DNA of 64,000 nucleotides from Candidatus Moraniibacteriota bacterium (GTDB lineage: Bacteria > Patescibacteriota > Minisyncoccia > Moranbacterales > UBA11712), in assembly GCA_028695025.1 (NCBI GenBank), contig JAQVJV010000003.1, positions 637 through 64,636 of the forward strand, read 5' to 3'. A program made the translations under genes and the position numbers. This document shows positions 11,101 through 19,298 of the stretch, one piece after another. Position 1 is the stretch's first letter. Each line of letters begins with the position of its first letter. The notes under the pieces are model-generated. The model did not search any database and had not been told where the DNA came from. It saw only the letters and a program-made list of their open reading frames with translations.

Positions 11101-13577
11101 TGAGATACTTGCGAATTACTGTAGTAAAAAGGATAAGATGACCCAGTACCAAAACTGACGACTATCTTTTTGCTATACCAGGAAGTAGTATGGTACGAAT
11201 ACCCTATTGCCCACTGATCATAACTACAACCGCCGGTACTATGCTTGCCAATAAGTTGCCCTAAATGGCATGATGGACTCAATCCATCAGCACTAGGATT
11301 GATCCACATGGCGAAAGTCGCTTCCCCATTGAAATCGAATGTACTGTTATGAGCCTTTCTTAAATAATCATTATCCCCCCCAAAACCCAACCCATTTCCA
11401 AATCTCCCTCCGGTCTGGTGCCTCACTTCATAGGCGCAGGAATTGGGTGTGTCTGCAAGGGTCGCCACGGTGAAGGTTCTGGTGGAGCCAGTGTAGTCCG
11501 TGATGGTGCGTTCGGTGCCACTCGTGATCGATCCGCAGGCGGCGGTGAAATAAAGAATCATGTTGTTATAGGCATCATCAGAGGAGGAAAGAGATGATCC
11601 GTCCGTGTCGACCATAGTTGTTGTTGTGTTTCCGCTTGCGTCCGACGTTCCTGACTCTTGAGCGTTCGTGAGTGTGCCGTCATTTCCGTTCTTGGAAACG
11701 TCCTCAACGGTGGTTCCGCTCAATTCGTCCATTTTCCAGTGGCCGACAAGCCCGTCCGTCATCCATTTAGGGGATTCGCCTCCGACCGAAACAGATGAGC
11801 CGGTGTTCGTCGCCATGCCGGCTAGTCCGGCGTTATAGTCTTGCTTTATCTGGTCGGCCGTGCGGGCGTAAGAATAGAACTTCATTTCGTCGATGGATGC
11901 TTGCCCGTAGTTTGTTGAAACTTGGCCGATTTTGATGGCTGATCCCGTCAAACCTCCGGTTGTGGTAACAGTAATATAGTGCCATTTGTTGGCGGTGATA
12001 GCCGTTCCTGTTTTTCCATCAACATATACGGTTTCTGTTCCAAAACTATTGGCTGTGATGGCTCCTGAAACGGATTGGATATAGTCGGTGCCGTTGAGGT
12101 CAATAAGTTGTTCCGTGGTGCTGGTTGAATTCACTCTTGCCCAAAAAGATACCGTTTGGATGTTGTTTGCCGTGGAAGCGACCGTCACAACATCATTTGT
12201 GCCGTCAAAGCTCAGACATTTCCCACTCACACATTCCGACTCCGGTTTCCAGGTGGCGCCGGAAATGGCTCCGTCGTTGTTGTTCACTGTTGCGTCCTCG
12301 GCCGTCGTCCCCTGCCCTTCGTCGAAGCGCCAGTAGGCAATCGGTCCGGGACCGGTTTCTTCAGATCCGGCAGAAGTGGTGGGATCAGTGGAGGCGTATT
12401 TGCGGACAAGTACCCAGTCGGTTACCAAATCAGTTATATCTGCTGTCCCCGAGCCAGAACCCAAGAAATAACCCAACCATAAATACGGTGCGTCAGTCCA
12501 GGTCCCTGCATAAGGATTGGTTTGAGACCGATTGTGATAAAAACGCACATAGCTGGCATCGACTGAAAAACCATCGACATAATAGTTATCAAAAGTTGCA
12601 TTATACTGATTAGTTCCGCTAACAATATTGTAGCTACTGACAGAACCATCCGCACCAAAAGCAGCGACTAAACTATTAGACATAGAAGTGTCGAAGTAAA
12701 CAAGTTTTCTAGCTGGGCTATTGCTACCATAGGTTCGTTGCGTATTGGCAATATTAAGACCAGAGTAGCTCACACCAGTTCCTGTCCATTTGCGCCTGGT
12801 TTCATAAACATAATTCTGCGCTCCATCGGTGGCGGTGTTTTTGGTATAGACCGCTCCAGTAGTGGTGGTGAGGGCTCCTCCGGAAATGGAATAGCTTCCG
12901 GTGGCGGTCCATTTGCTGACATCCAAAGCAGAATTGTTGAAATCATCGAAGAATGGGAATACATCGCTTCCGTTTTGGCTCGCAGTGGCACTCGAGTTTC
13001 CGTAATACATATATATAGAGGTGGCGTTGGTTCCATTGAAGACTTTGGGGACTTTGATCCAGATTTTGGTGGCGGCGTTTCCGCAACCGGGGTTGTTTTC
13101 TTCGATCCAGTAGTCGAGTTGTTGGCCGTTGTTCGAGGTGAATCTCATGTCCGAGCAGGTTCCAGTCATTTTTCCGGCGGTGATGAGAGAGGCCGTATCA
13201 ACAGTCATGGAAACTTGGAAATCGGTGAGATCGGCTCCGGTGGAGTTGGTGAGGGATATTTTTTGACGATAAGCCCAATTATCATCCCACCAGGCGGCTT
13301 TGGCAACATTGCGGAAAAAGAGGAATTGGATGGGGGCGACGATGAAAAGGACGATCAGAATCGAAGAAACAATTCTTCTCGGCAGAGTCGCCCAACACCA
13401 TTTGGCGGCTTTCTTCCAAACATTCAATGTTAGGACACTCCGAACATTGAATGTTAGGAGAGATTCCCGAACCGCGCGAAAAAAGCGTTTTGGATGACGG
13501 AAAGCATACCAAAAAGCGACGAAGAATATTTTCAGCTTGAATGTCAGTTTTTGTTTTAGGTGTTTTAGCTTTTGCAT
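8121..13577 (-). CDS. Membrane-anchored DUF2341 + six LamG-like jellyroll domain protein
   Basis: N-terminal TM. WWDDNWAYRQKISL...DMRFT...LDYWIE...IWIKVP...IYMYYGN (DUF2341). Six W-[RK]-[FM]-D-[DE] LamG starts, each ending in a D[DE]V[RK]IYN-like motif. Confidence 0.9.
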   Translation of the reverse strand: MQKLKHLKQKLTFKLKIFFVAFWYAFRHPKRFFRAVRESLLTFNVRSVLTLNVWKKAAKWCWATLPRRIVSSILIVLFIVAPIQFLFFRNVAKAAWWDDNWAYRQKISLTNSTGADLTDFQVSMTVDTASLITAGKMTGTCSDMRFTSNNGQQLDYWIEENNPGCGNAATKIWIKVPKVFNGTNATSIYMYYGNSSATASQNGSDVFPFFDDFNNSALDVSKWTATGSYSISGGALTTTTGAVYTKNTATDGAQNYVYETRRKWTGTGVSYSGLNIANTQRTYGSNSPARKLVYFDTSMSNSLVAAFGADGSVSSYNIVSGTNQYNATFDNYYVDGFSVDASYVRFYHNRSQTNPYAGTWTDAPYLWLGYFLGSGSGTADITDLVTDWVLVRKYASTDPTTSAGSEETGPGPIAYWRFDEGQGTTAEDATVNNNDGAISGATWKPESECVSGKCLSFDGTNDVVTVASTANNIQTVSFWARVNSTSTTEQLIDLNGTDYIQSVSGAITANSFGTETVYVDGKTGTAITANKWHYITVTTTGGLTGSAIKIGQVSTNYGQASIDEMKFYSYARTADQIKQDYNAGLAGMATNTGSSVSVGGESPKWMTDGLVGHWKMDELSGTTVEDVSKNGNDGTLTNAQESGTSDASGNTTTTMVDTDGSSLSSSDDAYNNMILYFTAACGSITSGTERTITDYTGSTRTFTVATLADTPNSCAYEVRHQTGGRFGNGLGFGGDNDYLRKAHNSTFDFNGEATFAMWINPSADGLSPSCHLGQLIGKHSTGGCSYDQWAIGYSYHTTSWYSKKIVVSFGTGSSYPFYYSNSQVSQNQWTHVAVTIRNNKIAVYINGRSDGFVNYSSKEISQTLANNVYDLMIGRTEAGYFQGEMDDVRIYNRGLSPDEVLQLAEWGPGPVGWWKMDDNVSGNLQTIVDSSGNGNNGTTNWGANASGMDCTQQGKYGGTCKFDNVDDYVNVADSDSLDAGGSLTLEAWVNFDEYSDYETYIFKYDSYFLGKRQDVNKFYFNVYSPGQSWSAYTINTDELSSGDEGEWFHLAGVFDQAAGKSRLYINGILDKEQSVSAKGIAKNSNDVQMGHATGWSSSWYANSSLDDVRVYNYARTSKQIIEDMNAGHPIGGSPVGSSIAHWKFDEGNGGTAYDSSINGNNGNLGIGSSAPTWTNSGKFGKALSFDGSNDYVDTTDMSTVELSDVTLSFWAKVSNTTEDHGFIYKGTHSTNQPLMIWFDDTAGSADKGSGNTNCISVLTFDGSTQHWVATPTNSINDTNWHYVGVVINPTNKKIEVYIDGILSESNTKTWNGIQNTSTAIRFGNSNPANSAVALSGMMDEVKIYNSALTPDQIAIDMNQGKSLVLGGQTANNNGTAVTGAAAEYCVPGDTSPCNPPVGEWKFDEGAGGTVKDTSGNGNDGTWSGTGSHWTVDGYANNAGSFNGSDDYVWVPPIGSLTTNFSFSAWVKRTVGGVWHSVYSNGSTGDYWRVAISSDNKLNFVKNGGTDSYSTDTIPLNQWTYITVIKNGDSDTNLSFYINGKPSGTASVGAISNAPATNAYVGARNDQLYKFNGSIDQVSVFNYARSAAQIAWDYNRGKPVGWWKMDEGQGDKAYDSSGNGNTGTLTSMDPATDWVDGKFAKALDFDGSDDRVEDTNTSHFNFGTGSFSVGFWVKFGANATTMFPVSKGQEAYATAGYRFMFMGTGNQHLYFYAGDGINNVESDVGDLSAIKSNWNHYFATFEGTTKQAKVYLNGVYKNQQTNASIGSIDNNYKFTVGARSNGSYNFQGQIDDVRIYNYALTAEQVRQVMNEGSAVRFGE
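13414..13460. repeat. Tandem AACATT-N-AATGTT palindromes inside the LamG gene
   Basis: tccaAACATTcAATGTTagga and ctccgAACATTgAATGTTaggag at 24-bp spacing, translated as LLTFNVRSVLTLNVWK. Confidence 0.7.
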
Positions 13578-13618
13578 ACCAAAAAAATTGGGCTTTTGCC
13601 TTTCTTGGATTATATCAC

Positions 13619-13649
13619 GAAAAAAAGAGTCCGGGAAGGCTCTTTTTTC
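13619..13649 (-). terminator. Intrinsic terminator (possibly bidirectional)
   Basis: aaaaaagag-tccgggaagg-ctctttttt hairpin downstream of 13721. Confidence 0.6.
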
Positions 13650-13720
13650 TAGGTTTAAAGGCTAAATTCCAAAGACTAAAGCGATGAAGCATAAAGTCAA
13701 CAACTTTGGCCTTTTCGTTG

Positions 13721-15310
13721 CTATTTCCCCACATTGAAACTGATAAGCACAAACCCGGCCGTGGCGTTTCCGCTTTCATCTTGGCAGCGGACATAGTACT
13801 TATAGCTCTTTCCACTTTCAACATCCACTTTAGTTGAATGGTCTTTTCCTCCCGTCGTTGAAAAAGTATTGGTCAAACGATTGTAGAGCAGAGAGCTTGT
13901 TCCGTATTTGCAAGTTGCGTCCTCGTTGGTGTGGATCTGCAAAGTGGCTTCCGTCGTGCCGGCCGGAAGAGACCCAGAAGGCGAAGGATCGCTCATGGTC
14001 GGCGGTGTTGTGTCTCCTGAACCCCCCGCCACCGAAAAGCTCACTACATAGTCACTCGTGTTTGCGTTCCCGCTTCCGTCCTGGCATCTTACGTAATAGT
14101 TATAGCTCTGGCCATTCTCCAAACCGTCAATTTTGGTGCTGCTAACTTTGTCGCCTGTTTTGGAGAAAGTATTCTTTATCGAGGAATAACTAGTTTCGGA
14201 CGAGGAGGAATATTTGCAAGTGGCATTGACACTGGTCGCAATTTTCAAGGTGATGGATTTTGTTCCGGCCGCCAACTCTCCGCTAGGCGAGGATTTGGTT
14301 ATGGCAGGGCCGTCGCCTGTTTTGGATCCACCCCCTGAATCCACGGAAAAGCTCACTGTGTAATCGCTGTCATTGACATTGCCGGCCGTGTCTTTGCACC
14401 TGACGTAATATTTGTAGGCCTGGCCGTCTTCCAAGCTGGTCAAACTGCTCGTATGATTTTTCCCGCCGGTATTTGTGAAGTCATTCGCCATTGAGCTGTA
14501 AGCATTGTCTTTTGTTTCGCCATATTTGCAAGTCGCGTTTTCGTTGGTGAGCACCCGCAAAGTGGTTGAGGCTGTTCCGGAAGATAAAGTTCCGCTTGGC
14601 GATCCTCCTGAAACTATCGGCGGCGTGCTATCCGTCACGGAAGGGCTGGTGACGACGTTTTTCACTTGCGTGAGGATGTTGGTCCCGTTCCCATCATCTT
14701 CAATAGCCGCCGAGTCGTCTACGGCTGCCGTCGAATCAAATTTGAGGGTGAGCGCGCTTCCGGAAAAATCAGTGAGGGCTTTCACGGTGATATCGACAAC
14801 CTTAGCCGTTATGGAATTCACACCGGGGGTCGGCTTCCCAAGCGCCACAAAAATTTTTCCGTTTTCGCTATCATCCTCATTTTTTACCTCATAGGGAAAA
14901 TCCGAGGTTGAATCGTCGATCGAAACAATTTGCACCTTGGCACTGTCATAAGTGGCAATCGCCTGCACCGCCACCGCCGCTTTCGTTCCCGTGTCGAGCA
15001 AGATGTGGTCGGTATATTCATCGCCGGCTTTCCGCGCATCCGTATCCGTCACCACCGACATGATCACCGGCGGATTATCCGCCTTGATGCCGACATACCA
15101 GCTGTTCATGGCAGTGAATATGATGGCTGCAAAAAACCCTCCCACAAAAAGGACGATGAGGTAGGCTTTCCAGGCGGCAACTTCCTTGCGGGAAATCAGG
15201 GCGAACTGGTCTCCCAAACCTTGTGTGGCACTGGCCACAGTTTGATCGATTTTTCTTTGTTTGTTATTTTCCATTTTTTTTGGCTTAAAGAGACTTTTTA
15301 TGTCCGGCAT
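13721..15310 (-). CDS. Membrane-anchored cohesin-domain protein with three Cys-paired Ig-like repeats
   Basis: TM YLIVLFVGGFFAAIIFTAM. Cohesin-like GDEYTDHILLDTG...VQAIATYDSAKVQIVSI...GKIFVALG...DGNGTNIL. Three repeats T.E.ATCKY...Y.YYVRC.D..GN. Start uncertain (MPDIK at 15310; the ORF-track start overlaps the CBS gene). Confidence 0.75.
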   Translation of the reverse strand: MPDIKSLFKPKKMENNKQRKIDQTVASATQGLGDQFALISRKEVAAWKAYLIVLFVGGFFAAIIFTAMNSWYVGIKADNPPVIMSVVTDTDARKAGDEYTDHILLDTGTKAAVAVQAIATYDSAKVQIVSIDDSTSDFPYEVKNEDDSENGKIFVALGKPTPGVNSITAKVVDITVKALTDFSGSALTLKFDSTAAVDDSAAIEDDGNGTNILTQVKNVVTSPSVTDSTPPIVSGGSPSGTLSSGTASTTLRVLTNENATCKYGETKDNAYSSMANDFTNTGGKNHTSSLTSLEDGQAYKYYVRCKDTAGNVNDSDYTVSFSVDSGGGSKTGDGPAITKSSPSGELAAGTKSITLKIATSVNATCKYSSSSETSYSSIKNTFSKTGDKVSSTKIDGLENGQSYNYYVRCQDGSGNANTSDYVVSFSVAGGSGDTTPPTMSDPSPSGSLPAGTTEATLQIHTNEDATCKYGTSSLLYNRLTNTFSTTGGKDHSTKVDVESGKSYKYYVRCQDESGNATAGFVLISFNVGK

Positions 15311-15425
15311 TTTTTTATTTTTAAGGTTATAAAAGAAATTATAAAAAAAACCTTGTTGCAGATATCTTCTCCCGGCAGGAATGATTTTTTTTCTCTTCGG
15401 ATCCATATTCTGTTTTAAATTATTT

Positions 15426-15917
15426 TTATTTTTTCTCTCCTGCGATGAAATCAACTTCTTCTTCCCGAAATTTTCCGACCAGACCCAACACGTCCGCCTT
15501 GCTGACTATCCCAAGCAACTTTTTGTTTTCATCCACGACGGGAATAGGGTTGACTTTTTTTTCCTGGATAAGCCTGATAAGGTTGGTCACCTTTTCATCC
15601 GGCCGGATCGTGACCGCGTCAATCGACATTATGGAGGAAGCGTCAGCCGATAAGATCTCTTTCAAATTACCAGCTTTCTCCGGGAAATACTTGGAAATTT
15701 TAAGATCTTCCAAAATTTTTATGAGCGACGGGATATGCAATTTCTCAAAATCCCGGGTAAGAAAGTCGTTTTCAGTTATCATCCCGACCAATGCGCCGTC
15801 CTCAACCACGGGAATTCCGCGAAAATTATGATCAATCATCATCTTCGCCACTTCACTGATTTTCGTTTTTGGATCGACCGAAACCACCTCCTTGGTCATT
15901 ATGTCTTCTACTTTCAT
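15426..15917 (-). CDS. CBS domain pair protein
   Basis: MKVEDIMTKEVVSV...GIPVVEDGALVGMITEND and IPVVDENKKLLGIVSKAD. AGGAG upstream. Confidence 0.92.
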   Translation of the reverse strand: MKVEDIMTKEVVSVDPKTKISEVAKMMIDHNFRGIPVVEDGALVGMITENDFLTRDFEKLHIPSLIKILEDLKISKYFPEKAGNLKEILSADASSIMSIDAVTIRPDEKVTNLIRLIQEKKVNPIPVVDENKKLLGIVSKADVLGLVGKFREEEVDFIAGEKK

Positions 15918-15969
15918 AAAAAATCTCCTATTGATTTATTATAGCACAAACGCAATCATTCCGTCATTC

Positions 15970-16033
15970 AGAGTCTGTTAAAAATCTCTTTTTTGGAATT
16001 TGCGGCAGAATACGAAGATTCTGAACAGGCTCT
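15970..16033. mobile_element. 64-bp MITE-like element
   Basis: Terminal inverted repeats AGAGTCTGTTAAAAATCT and (reverse complement) AGAGCCTGTTCAGAATCT, 15/18 match. The ends resemble IS5-family termini (inference). Confidence 0.5.
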
Positions 16034-18903
16034 TATATAATTCGGAGCCGGATTTTCCGCGAAACGGCGTTTCCGGCTTTGTCATAAACTTTCACGCGCA
16101 AGGTGTGGTATCCTAGACGGATATCCGATTTCAAATAGAAATGTTTGCGGGTAGTTTTGGAAATTTTTCCGTCCAGCTCAATCTTGTAGCGGTCCACGCC
16201 TTCATTGTCCTTGGCCTCCCACCAAATTTTCGCTCCCGGCCGCTTGGTGAGCTCTTGCGGAAGATCCGTGAATTCAGGCCGGTGTTTGTCCACCCCGATC
16301 TTGAAATCTCCCGATGACTTCACCTGCTCGCCGGCACTGTCATAATATTTGAAATTCAATCTGTACACTTTCTGTTTTTTTACCCTGACGCGCTGGCTCC
16401 ATTTGCCGCCTGAAGAAACCTCCGCCGTTTTCAAAAGTTTTCTTCCGCCGTATATCTTCACCGTCCCGTCCTCGATCCCCTTTGTGCTCGCCCTGAACAC
16501 AAAAGTTTTTGAAGAACTCCAGTATATTTTTTTCGGCTTCATATCGATCGTCTCGCCATTGAGCCTTATCTTCGGCTTGGGGATGCTGATGTCTTCCGCC
16601 GCGTCCGGATCAATTACGTAAGTTTCCGTATTGATACTTTCGCTGTTTCCAAGGCTGTCCTTCGCGAAAAACTTGAGCGTAGTGTCGGCGGAAATTTCGA
16701 TCGGGTCGGCATAAACATCCGACCCGGTATCCGGATCACTGCCGTCGATGGTGTAATAAATATCCGCTTCGCTGTCGTTGCAAGTGAGCGTCACTGTTTG
16801 CGCCTCATCATAGGTCCCGCCTTCCGGATTAGCCGTGGTGGTCGGCGCCGTGTTGTCCGTGTTCAATTGTCCGACCAGTTGGTATCCGGTGTTGGAATAT
16901 TCGTCGGTCGCCATGACGCAGAGATATTCGGTATGGTTTCCGGATATGGCGAAGTCAGTGGCGCTCGTGAAAGAATTGCCATAGGTGTCGGATCCGTTGC
17001 AGGTCGAATCAGATGAATAGCCGTATTCGCTCGCGGTGATGGAACTCGCGTCAGTCACTGTCACGTTGATCGTGTCGGTTTGCGTGGGGCCGGTGTCGGT
17101 GCCTTCGTTCACGGTGAAGGTGGGGGCGTCGGATTCCACTCCCGTATCAACGTTGATATCATTCGCGCTCGCAAGCGTATCGTAGTTTCCGGCCGCGTCA
17201 TCCCCATAAAGACAAATATATTTTCCGTTATTGGTTTCATCCGTCTGGTTCATGGAATCGGAATCAGTTTTGGTGTAATCTCCCGAACTGGTGGAACAAG
17301 TGCCGTCAGTGTCATAATCCCAAAGTTTGGTGCTGGCATCTCCCCAACTTCCGGTGACAGTGTCCGAAGCGACAGGGCCCGCCGCCACATTGTCAGTGAA
17401 AGAAAGGGTCGGCGCCGTGTTGTCCGTGTTCAATTGTCCGACCAGTTGGTATCCGGTGTTGGAATATTCGTCGGTCGCCATGACGCAGAGATATTCGGTA
17501 TGGTTTCCGGATATGGCGAAGTCAGTGGCGCTCGTGAAAGAATTGCCATAGGTGTCGGATCCGTTGCAGGTCGAATCAGATGAATAGCCGTATTCGCTCG
17601 CGGTGATGGAACTCGCGTCAGTCACTGTCACGTTGATCGTGTCGGTTTGCGTGGGGCCGGTGTCGGTGCCTTCGTTCACGGTGAAGGTGGGGGCGTCGGA
17701 TTCAGCCGGGATATATTCATAAGCCCCATCATCGTCGGCCGATCCCTGGGGACGGCCCACTTGGTCGAGGTCATGATCCGGCGCGTCCGCGGCATAGGAA
17801 TGGCTGATAGCCGGCGAAGCGTCGGCGAGGTGATAGTCATTGTTTCCCGAGTCGACAAAGAGCGTGTCGGTGATATCAAGCTGGTTTTCGGAACGGGTGA
17901 TCGCGCCGGAAGGATAATTGATATCGATCGCCGATTCGGTCGAAGTGTTGTTCCGGATATATGCCGAGGTCGCAGTATAACTATTTGAATACCAGTAAAC
18001 CAGGGAGTCAATCGACCCGTAGGAAATGTTGTTGGATATAATCACATTGGTCACCTGATCGTTTGAGTGATTTTCGATGATGATTTGCCCCGACTCGCCG
18101 TCGCCGCAAGCCACTCCGGAAAAAGTGTTGTTGGAGACTTGGATGTTTTGCGAACCACTGGTGTCTCCATCGTCGGATATGTCTACCATCCATCCGGAAT
18201 AGTCATTATAGAAAACGTTGTTGGTGATCGTATGGCCGTACCCGAAAAGATATATGGCGTGGTCGATATGCGAGCCTGCCGCGTCCGTCCGGCCGATGTC
18301 GTTCAAAGTGTTCGAGTCGATCGTGAAATTATAGGAATGGGCGGGGGCGGTGATTCCAGTCCTTGAGGTCGTATCCGGATTCAAATCATCCCTCGCGATG
18401 TTGTCAATCTGGTTCCGGGAAATGGTAATGTCATGGATCTCGTCTCCGGATGAAACATAGCCGTCCCCCTTGATTCCGGAATATGTATAATTTTTGATTT
18501 CAAAACCCTGTATGACTATGTGGTGAACCCCAGTCGCAAAGCCGATTCCAAATTCAGAAAAACCGGAGTCATCGATGACCGCCCCCAGATTATTTTCGGC
18601 TTGAATTGTGATTGGCGACCCGCTTGAACCGCTGGTTGTGATGTATACGGCGTAGTCGCCGTCAGTCTGGGTGGACGAGTCCGCGTAAGTTCCGTCTTCG
18701 ACAATGACCGTATCGCCGGCAGTGGCGGTGTCCGCCCCGTGCTGGATGGTCGCGAAAGGCTCCGCCTGGGTTCCCGGATTACCATCATCTCCTGTCGTTG
18801 AGACATAATAAGTCGCCGCGCTTGCCGGACGCGCGGACGCAAAAAAGAACAGCGCCATGGCACAGACAACCGGCAATAATATCAATTGTCTTTTTGTTTT
18901 CAT
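16033..18903 (-). CDS. Secreted right-handed beta-helix protein (DUF1565-like start) with duplicated Ig-like modules, Fn3-associated domain and basic C-terminal domain
   Basis: ATYYVSTTGDDGNPGTQAEPFATIQHG. DYHLADASPAI...RPQGSADDDGAYEY. ADIYYTIDGSDP...YADPIEI...TLKFFA. The start is likely MKTKRQL (18903). Confidence 0.85.
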   Translation of the reverse strand: MKTKRQLILLPVVCAMALFFFASARPASAATYYVSTTGDDGNPGTQAEPFATIQHGADTATAGDTVIVEDGTYADSSTQTDGDYAVYITTSGSSGSPITIQAENNLGAVIDDSGFSEFGIGFATGVHHIVIQGFEIKNYTYSGIKGDGYVSSGDEIHDITISRNQIDNIARDDLNPDTTSRTGITAPAHSYNFTIDSNTLNDIGRTDAAGSHIDHAIYLFGYGHTITNNVFYNDYSGWMVDISDDGDTSGSQNIQVSNNTFSGVACGDGESGQIIIENHSNDQVTNVIISNNISYGSIDSLVYWYSNSYTATSAYIRNNTSTESAIDINYPSGAITRSENQLDITDTLFVDSGNNDYHLADASPAISHSYAADAPDHDLDQVGRPQGSADDDGAYEYIPAESDAPTFTVNEGTDTGPTQTDTINVTVTDASSITASEYGYSSDSTCNGSDTYGNSFTSATDFAISGNHTEYLCVMATDEYSNTGYQLVGQLNTDNTAPTLSFTDNVAAGPVASDTVTGSWGDASTKLWDYDTDGTCSTSSGDYTKTDSDSMNQTDETNNGKYICLYGDDAAGNYDTLASANDINVDTGVESDAPTFTVNEGTDTGPTQTDTINVTVTDASSITASEYGYSSDSTCNGSDTYGNSFTSATDFAISGNHTEYLCVMATDEYSNTGYQLVGQLNTDNTAPTTTANPEGGTYDEAQTVTLTCNDSEADIYYTIDGSDPDTGSDVYADPIEISADTTLKFFAKDSLGNSESINTETYVIDPDAAEDISIPKPKIRLNGETIDMKPKKIYWSSSKTFVFRASTKGIEDGTVKIYGGRKLLKTAEVSSGGKWSQRVRVKKQKVYRLNFKYYDSAGEQVKSSGDFKIGVDKHRPEFTDLPQELTKRPGAKIWWEAKDNEGVDRYKIELDGKISKTTRKHFYLKSDIRLGYHTLRVKVYDKAGNAVSRKIRLRII
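16840..17703. repeat. 297-bp direct duplication within the CDS
   Basis: 16840..17136 recurs at 17407..17703 (offset 567). No mismatch seen by eye. Confidence 0.9.
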
Positions 18904-19298
18904 TTTCCCGAAAGATGAAATTTTATTTTCTTGTATATATTGTAGCATTTTTTTTATAGTTAGTTGAACGTGCTTTTGGTTTATTTTAGGGATATGGGAA
19001 TCAACTATTTTATTTCAACTTAATAAAATCTTGGAAGTTTTTTAGGCGCATACTGCCCATCAATCCTCAATTGATTTTCCGGCAATTTCATTATCCTTAA
19101 AGACCCCCTTCCTCCTGCTATTTTCACGACTGCAATAATTCATCCCATTATTTCTTTTATAGAAGCCAATAAAAATGTTTCACGGAAGTTTTGTCTTGAC
19201 CCTTATTCCGAGTTACTCCAAGAAATCCGATATTTTTTATATTGGCTTGCATATAGGAAATAATGGATTTTTTTAACTTAAATTTCAAAATTCAAAAT

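Noticed and set aside
19160-19250. Structured ncRNA between the fibre and beta-helix genes
   Set aside because: Only an imperfect AAGCCAATA/TATTGGCTT pairing in AT-rich DNA, with no recognisable family.
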